Shown piece after piece: positions 8,442 through 13,565 of a stretch of 13,565 bases of DNA. Below the pieces are notes generated by a model, which did not search any database, was not told the DNA's origin, and saw nothing but the letters and a program-made list of their open reading frames with translations. The translations under genes and the position numbers were made by a program. Position 1 is the first letter of the stretch; each line of letters opens with the position of its first letter. Source of the DNA: Candidatus Hadarchaeales archaeon (GTDB lineage Archaea; Hadarchaeota; Hadarchaeia; Hadarchaeales; Hadarchaeaceae); NCBI GenBank assembly GCA_038851565.1, contig JAWCKV010000025.1:1-13565 (forward strand). The letters are read 5' to 3'.

Positions 8442-11300
8442 TTGATGGACTGGACGGCAATCGATGCGAGGTGGCAGGAGGAGTGGCGCAGGTCGAGAGC
8501 ATTCGAGGCGGCTCCGGACAGCAGAAAAAAGTTCTACCTGACCGTGGCATATCCTTACGTGAGCGGCCCGATGCACATAGGTCACGGGAGGACCTACACG
8601 GTCCCTGACGTGATTGCCCGGTACAAGCGCATGAGGGGATTCAACGTCCTGTTTCCGATGGCGTATCACTTCACCGGTACCCCCATAGTGGGCGCTGCGA
8701 AGAGGGTCGCTAGGAGGGACCCTGATTTCGTCAGGGTTCTCGTGGAGAGGTACGGGATACCAGAGTACATGCTTGAGGATTTTGAAAATCCGCACTACTA
8801 TGCAAACTACTTCGCCAGGGAGAGTGACCTGAGCTACCGCAAGGGGATGGAGCTGCTGGGACTTTCCATAGACTGGCGCAGGGAGTTCACGACGATAGAT
8901 CCTCACTACAGCAGTTTCGTGACATGGCAGTACAACAGGCTCTGGAGGGATGGGCTCATAGTCAAGGGGAGGCACCCGGTAAAGTGGTGTCCCGGCTGCG
9001 GAAACCCGGTCACCGATCATGACCTGCTCGAGGGAGAGGGCGTTGAGATAGTGGAGTTCACACTTTTGAAATACCGCATGGGTGATCTGGTTCTGCCGGC
9101 TGCCACCCTGAGGCCGGAAACCGTTTTCGGCGTCACGAATCTCTGGCTCAACCCGGAAGTAAAGTACGTGCGTGCGGATGTTGATGGCGAGAAGTGGATA
9201 GTGTCGGAGCAGGCCCTTGAAAAGCTACGCTTTCAGGGGCACTCCGTCGGCGAGGCGGTGGAGTGGAAGATTGAGTTCGGAGAGGTTGAGGTTCCGCTTA
9301 CTCACAAGAAGGTGCCGATCCTTCCGGCCAAATTTGTTGATCCAGATAACGCCACCGGTGTGGTCGGGTCGGTTCCCGCTCATGCTCCATATGACTACAT
9401 CGCCCTGCTCGAACTGCAGCGTGAGGGGGTTCAGGCGGCAATGGGTCTGAGTCCCGTCCCCCTGATTGAGGTGGATGGGTACGGTGAGGCACCTGCAGCA
9501 GATGTGGTGAAGAGGATGGGCATAGTTTCCCAGCAGGACGGAAAACTGGATGAAGCGACGCTCGAGGTCTATCGCGCTGAGTTCGCGAGGGGGAAGATGA
9601 TGGAGTGGGTCCCGAAGTTCGGAGGCATGCAGGTATCGCGCGCCAAGGACGAGGTAAAGGCGGAGATGATCAGATCAGGTGAAGCCGCGACGATGTATGA
9701 GTTTTCATCGAAGCCGGTGAGATGCAGATGCGGCAGCAAGGTGATGGTTAAGGTTGTTGAGGATCAGTGGTTCCTGAACTATGCAGACAGCGACTGGAAG
9801 TCCAGAGTCAGAAAGTGTATCGAGGGCATGCATCTCGTCCCTCCGGAGAGCAGGGCGCAGTTCGAGCACACTGTGGAGTGGCTGAAGGAGTGGCCGTGCA
9901 CAAGAAAGATAAGCATGGGCACACCCGCTCCTTGGGACCGTGAATGGATAATAGAATCGCTGAGCGATTCCACGATCTACATGGCATACTACACGATTTC
10001 ACACATACTCAAAACCGTGGAGCCGGGAAGGCTTACGGACGAGGTGTTCGATTACGTTTTCCACGGAAAGGGCGACCCAGAGCAGATCTCCAGGTCAACC
10101 GGCATAGAGAGGGACAAACTGGACGCGATGAGGCAGGAGTTTTCGTACTGGTACCCGCTTGACTACAGAATGTCCGCGAACGAACTCATTCCGAACCATC
10201 TCACTTTCCACGTGTTCCATCACGTTCAGATATTTCCGGATCTCTGCCCGAAGGGAATCGTGAGCTTCGGAATGGCGATACTTGAGGGGCAGAAGATGTC
10301 CTCCTCCAAGGGCAACATAATCCCGATAAACGCGGCCGTCAAAGAGCACGGAGCAGACGCGGTCAGGCTTTACCTGCTTTCGGTTGCAGAGCCCTGGCAG
10401 GACATGGACTGGAGGTCGGGAGAGATAGTCGCTACAAGAAAGAACATTGAAAAGTTCTACTCATTGGCCGAGGAAATAATTTCTATGCCTGGAGAGGGCG
10501 TGCCACGCTTTTCCCAGCCGGAGCGCTGGATGATGGGAGCGCTGCAGAAGCGGATAGTTGAGGTGACCAACGCGCTGGAGAACTTTGAGACGAGGAAGGC
10601 TATTCAGAGCGCATTTTTCTCATTAATGCAGGACCTGAGATGGTACATGAAACGCGCCGCCGATGCCGACGCGAGAACATACGTCTGCAAAAAGGTGCTC
10701 AACGTTTGGCTTAGGCTGATGGCACCGTTCATTCCGCACGTGTGTGAGGAGCTGTGGAGCATGAGCGGCGGCGAAGGTCTCATCTCGCTCTCCAGCTGGC
10801 CTGAGCCAGAGACAGGGCTGATGGACAGAAATGCCGATCTGGCAGAGAGATATCTGGTAGATCTCATAGATGACATCTCGAAGATAAGGAAGACCATGAA
10901 AAAGAAACCCTCAAAGGTCTGCATATATGTTGCACAGGACTGGAAATGGAACGCATACAGAATAGCCGTCGCGCACGTAAGGGCCGGCAAGGTTGATCTC
11001 GGAAGGCTTGCGAGGGATGTTGAGGAAAGACTCAGGCTGAGGCTTTACAGAGAGGACCTTTTCAGGTTCCTGAAGCTCCTGGTTGATGAGATCAGGGAAA
11101 CTCCGGAGGAGGAGCTCGATTTGAGGTGCGCCAGGGAGGTCGATGAGTTCCGCTTCCTGATAGATTCGGTCTGGTTCATCGGCAGGGAGATTGGCGTCCA
11201 TGACGTTCAGGTCTGGAAGGCGGACGATCCAAAAAGGTACGATCCGCAGGATAGGTCACGGATGGCCGTGCCCTTCAGGCCCGCAATTTACATAGAGTGA
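8442..11300 (+). CDS. leuS: Leucine--tRNA ligase (archaeal type)
   Basis: YPYVSGPMHIGH (HIGH), CP1 editing motifs ATLRPET and SVPAHAPYD, IESLSDSTIY, KMSSSKGN and C-terminal PFRPAIYIE. Start is TTG 8442 or ATG 8445. Confidence 0.98.
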   Translation: MMDWTAIDARWQEEWRRSRAFEAAPDSRKKFYLTVAYPYVSGPMHIGHGRTYTVPDVIARYKRMRGFNVLFPMAYHFTGTPIVGAAKRVARRDPDFVRVLVERYGIPEYMLEDFENPHYYANYFARESDLSYRKGMELLGLSIDWRREFTTIDPHYSSFVTWQYNRLWRDGLIVKGRHPVKWCPGCGNPVTDHDLLEGEGVEIVEFTLLKYRMGDLVLPAATLRPETVFGVTNLWLNPEVKYVRADVDGEKWIVSEQALEKLRFQGHSVGEAVEWKIEFGEVEVPLTHKKVPILPAKFVDPDNATGVVGSVPAHAPYDYIALLELQREGVQAAMGLSPVPLIEVDGYGEAPAADVVKRMGIVSQQDGKLDEATLEVYRAEFARGKMMEWVPKFGGMQVSRAKDEVKAEMIRSGEAATMYEFSSKPVRCRCGSKVMVKVVEDQWFLNYADSDWKSRVRKCIEGMHLVPPESRAQFEHTVEWLKEWPCTRKISMGTPAPWDREWIIESLSDSTIYMAYYTISHILKTVEPGRLTDEVFDYVFHGKGDPEQISRSTGIERDKLDAMRQEFSYWYPLDYRMSANELIPNHLTFHVFHHVQIFPDLCPKGIVSFGMAILEGQKMSSSKGNIIPINAAVKEHGADAVRLYLLSVAEPWQDMDWRSGEIVATRKNIEKFYSLAEEIISMPGEGVPRFSQPERWMMGALQKRIVEVTNALENFETRKAIQSAFFSLMQDLRWYMKRAADADARTYVCKKVLNVWLRLMAPFIPHVCEELWSMSGGEGLISLSSWPEPETGLMDRNADLAERYLVDLIDDISKIRKTMKKKPSKVCIYVAQDWKWNAYRIAVAHVRAGKVDLGRLARDVEERLRLRLYREDLFRFLKLLVDEIRETPEEELDLRCAREVDEFRFLIDSVWFIGREIGVHDVQVWKADDPKRYDPQDRSRMAVPFRPAIYIE

Positions 11301-11307
11301 ATTTCGC

Positions 11308-11955
11308 ATGAGGGAAATGGTCAATCCGGTTAAAGACCTCCGCTTTCTTCTAAACAGGGGTTATCCGAGGGAATCAGCGGTGAACTTCGTCTCGAATCAC
11401 TATCGCCTGCCGCTCATTAAGAGACACCTTCTTTCCCGCTGCGTTTTTTCAGAGAGTGAGGCGGTGGACCACACCAGAAGAAGAGTGAATGCATCCCATG
11501 TGCGCGGAAAATCGCTCGGGGTGGACGGATACAATGTTCTCATAACCACCGAGAGCCTCATCTCCGGTGAGGACGTGATAATCTGCGATGACGGTTTCGT
11601 GAGGGACCTCAGGGCGATTTTCGGCAAGTACAGAATTTCAGAAAAAACAGCTCCGGCTCTGCGTGAGTTGATGAAGGCGATAGTAAAATCAGGGGCGCGC
11701 AGGGTTTCCGTGCTCTTCGACAGGCAGGTCAGCAGGAGCGGTGATCTGGCATCGATTACCAGGAGGTTAATGTTTGAGTCGGGAGTTTATGGAGATGCGT
11801 TTGCTGTGGGCGCGGTGGACCGCAGTCTCAGAGACTTTGAGGTGGTTGCCACAAGCGACTGTGCGGTCATAAGAAGATGCATGGCGGTCTGGGACATACC
11901 TGCCGAGATAGCCAAGACGAAGGGCAGGGTGCTGGACATCAGAAAGCTGTGTTAG
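11308..11955 (+). CDS. DUF434 family protein with C-terminal PIN-like domain
   Basis: DLRFLLNRGY...NHYRL (DUF434), VDGYNVLIT.E, DDGFVRDL, D..VSRSG and VATSD acidic PIN-type motifs. Confidence 0.8.
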   Translation: MREMVNPVKDLRFLLNRGYPRESAVNFVSNHYRLPLIKRHLLSRCVFSESEAVDHTRRRVNASHVRGKSLGVDGYNVLITTESLISGEDVIICDDGFVRDLRAIFGKYRISEKTAPALRELMKAIVKSGARRVSVLFDRQVSRSGDLASITRRLMFESGVYGDAFAVGAVDRSLRDFEVVATSDCAVIRRCMAVWDIPAEIAKTKGRVLDIRKLC

Positions 11956-12668
11956 ACGCCCGTGCTCTCCTTCGGGTATTTCGTATAGACGTATCTCAGA
12001 AGATCGGTAAGCCTCATCTCGCTGAATTTTTTTAGGTCATCAATCGCTTTCCTCGTCTCGGGCGGAAGGCTTGCATACGCTTTTCTTGCCTCCTTCTCTC
12101 CTTCCGGAGTCAGCTGGTATCTGCGCTCTATAACGCAGTCTCCGTGGATGGTCGACTCCTTGACCTCCCTCGATATCGATATATATCCCGCCCTCTCGAG
12201 GTCTATGGCGTCCTCAAGCACATCAGGCGAGTGCGGGCCGAACATGTATGGCGTGAAGTTATATGGAGTTTCTATTCCTTTCTCTCTTTTCATGAGAAAC
12301 AGGAGCTTCTGCAGGCGGGTGGCTCCGGATATTCTTCCGCCCATTGCATGTAAAAGCGACAGCAGAATCTTTCCGCGCCGCAGAACCTCTCCAGAGTTAA
12401 CCTTTCCCGCGGTTTCCAGAAAACTGCTTTCAACCCTCAGAATCCCGGCAATTTCTTTCCCCTTGTCTGTCAGCTTGAGCATCTTCCTGAAGGGCCAGGC
12501 TTCCCAGGTTTCCTCCTCAACGAGACCATCTTTCATCAGCTCCTGTATCCGCATCTCGAGAGTCTGGGCGCTTCCCCCAACTTCAGACAGGAGCTCACGT
12601 ATATACTTTGGACCTTCAAGAAGCCGCAGGAGGATATCGGCTCCCTTGCTCTTTCTAACGCTTCTCAT
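11952..12668 (-). CDS. Winged-HTH (HxlR/MarR-like) fused to YwgA/SocA(Panacea)-like domain; putative transcriptional regulator
   Basis: N-terminal ~80 aa ILLRLLEGP..IRELL...TL..RIQEL..DGLV...LTDKG is a wHTH. C-terminal GATRLQKLLFL...YNFTPYMFGPHS...YQLTPEG...LLRYVYTKYP matches the YwgA/DUF4065-like pattern. Confidence 0.75.
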   Translation of the reverse strand: MRSVRKSKGADILLRLLEGPKYIRELLSEVGGSAQTLEMRIQELMKDGLVEEETWEAWPFRKMLKLTDKGKEIAGILRVESSFLETAGKVNSGEVLRRGKILLSLLHAMGGRISGATRLQKLLFLMKREKGIETPYNFTPYMFGPHSPDVLEDAIDLERAGYISISREVKESTIHGDCVIERRYQLTPEGEKEARKAYASLPPETRKAIDDLKKFSEMRLTDLLRYVYTKYPKESTGV

Positions 12669-12677
12669 GGCGATGCT

Positions 12678-12696
12678 TGTTTCAGTTTTCGTAACA
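12678..12696 (-). promoter_or_regulatory. Putative operator A (TGTTACGAAAACTGAAACA on minus strand)
   Basis: Imperfect palindrome TGTTAC-N7-GAAACA between the minus-strand TATA and the ATG of the wHTH gene; 15/19 identical to operator B. Confidence 0.65.
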
Positions 12697-12710
12697 TAAA
12701 AGGATTACCG
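12696..12710 (-). promoter_or_regulatory. Putative BRE/TATA of wHTH gene (probably leaderless transcript)
   Basis: Minus strand CGGTAATCC-TTTTAT ends about 28 nt before the ATG at 12668; no SD precedes the ATG. Confidence 0.5.
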
Positions 12711-12746
12711 ATACGTGCTGGATATTACTCTGAGTTATCTGAAACA

Positions 12747-12762
12747 GGGAAAACTTTATTAG
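12747..12762 (+). promoter_or_regulatory. BRE/TATA promoter of nrdG operon
   Basis: GGGAAAA-C-TTTATTA (TATA 12755-12761), followed by SD GAGGTG at 12795-12800. Confidence 0.6.
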
Positions 12763-12766
12763 TCCG

Positions 12767-12785
12767 TGTTACGCAAAGTGTAACG
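12767..12785 (+). promoter_or_regulatory. Putative operator B (TGTTACGCAAAGTGTAACG)
   Basis: Palindrome GTTAC-N7-GTAAC 5 nt downstream of the TATA, covering the expected transcription start region. Confidence 0.65.
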
Positions 12786-12805
12786 TAACGTCTTGAGGTG
12801 GGTTG

Positions 12806-13522
12806 ATGAATTTCAAATATCTCCAGAGAGTATCCCTTCTCGATTATCCCGGAAAGATAGCTGCGATCGCGTTCGTCGGGGGCTGCAACTTCAGGTGCGG
12901 TTTCTGCTACAACCGTGACCTGGTGCTTGCTCCGGACGCGATTTCTTCCATAAGCGAGAGCGAGGTTCTCAGCTATCTGGAGTCAAAGAGGGACTGGCTC
13001 GATGGTCTTGTGATCACTGGGGGTGAACCGACACTTTACAGCGACCTCCCGGACTTTCTGGCTAGGGTTAAATCGCTGGGTTATTCCGTGAAGCTTGACA
13101 CGAACGGATCCAATCCGGATATGCTGGCGGCGCTCATTGAGAGGCATCTTGTCGACTACGTTGCCCTGGACATAAAGGCGCCACTCGATGACGAAAAATA
13201 CCATGAGATTGTCGGAAGCCAGTCCAACGGGGTTACGGGAAATGTGAGGAGGAGTGTGGAGATACTGATGTCCGGCAACGTTGATTACGAGTTCAGGACC
13301 ACGGTCATACCGGAACTCGGCAGAGAGGATCTGCTGAGGATAGCCGAGCAAATCAGGGGTGCTAGACGCTACTACCTGCAGCAGTTCGTGTCTAACGGAT
13401 CCCATTTGGACGCTAGGTATTCTTCGGAGAAACCCCATCCCATGGAGTTTCTGATCAGTGTGAAGTCCGAGATTGGAGGCCATTTCGGGACCTGTGGAGT
13501 GAGGGGGGTAAGACAGAGATGA
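12806..13522 (+). CDS. nrdG: Anaerobic (class III) ribonucleotide reductase activating radical SAM protein
   Basis: SLLDYPGK...GCNFRCGFCYN (CxxxCxxC), ITGGEPT, KLDTNGS, DYVALDIKAP, YEFRTT and LQQF are typical of the NrdG2-type activase. ATG 12806 is best spaced from the SD (TTG 12803 is the alternative). Followed by an ATP-cone gene. Confidence 0.9.
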   Translation: MNFKYLQRVSLLDYPGKIAAIAFVGGCNFRCGFCYNRDLVLAPDAISSISESEVLSYLESKRDWLDGLVITGGEPTLYSDLPDFLARVKSLGYSVKLDTNGSNPDMLAALIERHLVDYVALDIKAPLDDEKYHEIVGSQSNGVTGNVRRSVEILMSGNVDYEFRTTVIPELGREDLLRIAEQIRGARRYYLQQFVSNGSHLDARYSSEKPHPMEFLISVKSEIGGHFGTCGVRGVRQR

Positions 13523-13565
13523 GCGATATAATAAGGAAGGTAAGAAAACGAGACGGCACTATAGT
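13519..13565 (+). CDS. 5' end of ATP-cone protein, probably anaerobic ribonucleoside-triphosphate reductase NrdD (partial)
   Basis: ATGA overlap with the nrdG stop; reads MSDIIRKVRKRDGTI, containing the ATP-cone signature VxKRDG. Confidence 0.7.
   Translation, partial: MSDIIRKVRKRDGTI

Noticed and set aside
10290..10320. KMSSS instead of KMSKS in LeuRS
   Set aside because: This is a known variant in archaeal LeuRS and not evidence of inactivation.
11308..12668. DUF434 PIN-like gene plus Panacea-like gene as a toxin-antitoxin pair
   Set aside because: The genes are convergent (4-bp stop overlap), not operonic, and DUF434 appears attached to leuS. Not formally excluded, but unsupported.
392..13483. 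Numerous antisense or alternative-frame ORFs in the track (e.g. 5525-6205, 6800-7501, 7867-8550, 8418-9020, 12148-12699, 12983-13483)
   Set aside because: They overlap well-supported genes, have no recognisable motifs, and are expected as shadow ORFs in moderately GC-rich coding DNA.

Overview
Archaeal chromosomal window, mostly conserved information-processing and cell-division genes. The ftsZ1-secE-spt5-rpl11-rpl1-rpl10-rpl12-alaS order resembles Euryarchaeota-type genomes; the exact lineage cannot be fixed from sequence alone. Left to right: the 5' end of a minus-strand ABCE1/RLI gene, an intron-containing tRNA-Ile(GAU), dtdA, ftsZ, secE (missed by the ORF track), spt5, an inserted single-OB-fold SSB-like gene, uL11, uL1, uL10/P0, P1/L12, alaS, leuS and a DUF434 PIN-like gene. 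A minus-strand gene encoding a winged-HTH fused to a YwgA/SocA(Panacea)-like domain follows. It is transcribed divergently from a class III ribonucleotide reductase activase (nrdG) and the start of an ATP-cone protein (probably nrdD). The most notable signal lies in the ~135-bp spacer between these divergent genes: two copies of a 19-bp imperfect palindrome (GTTAC-N7-GWAAC, 15/19 identical), each directly downstream of one promoter's TATA box. This suggests a possibly undescribed autoregulated archaeal repressor of anaerobic ribonucleotide reductase.
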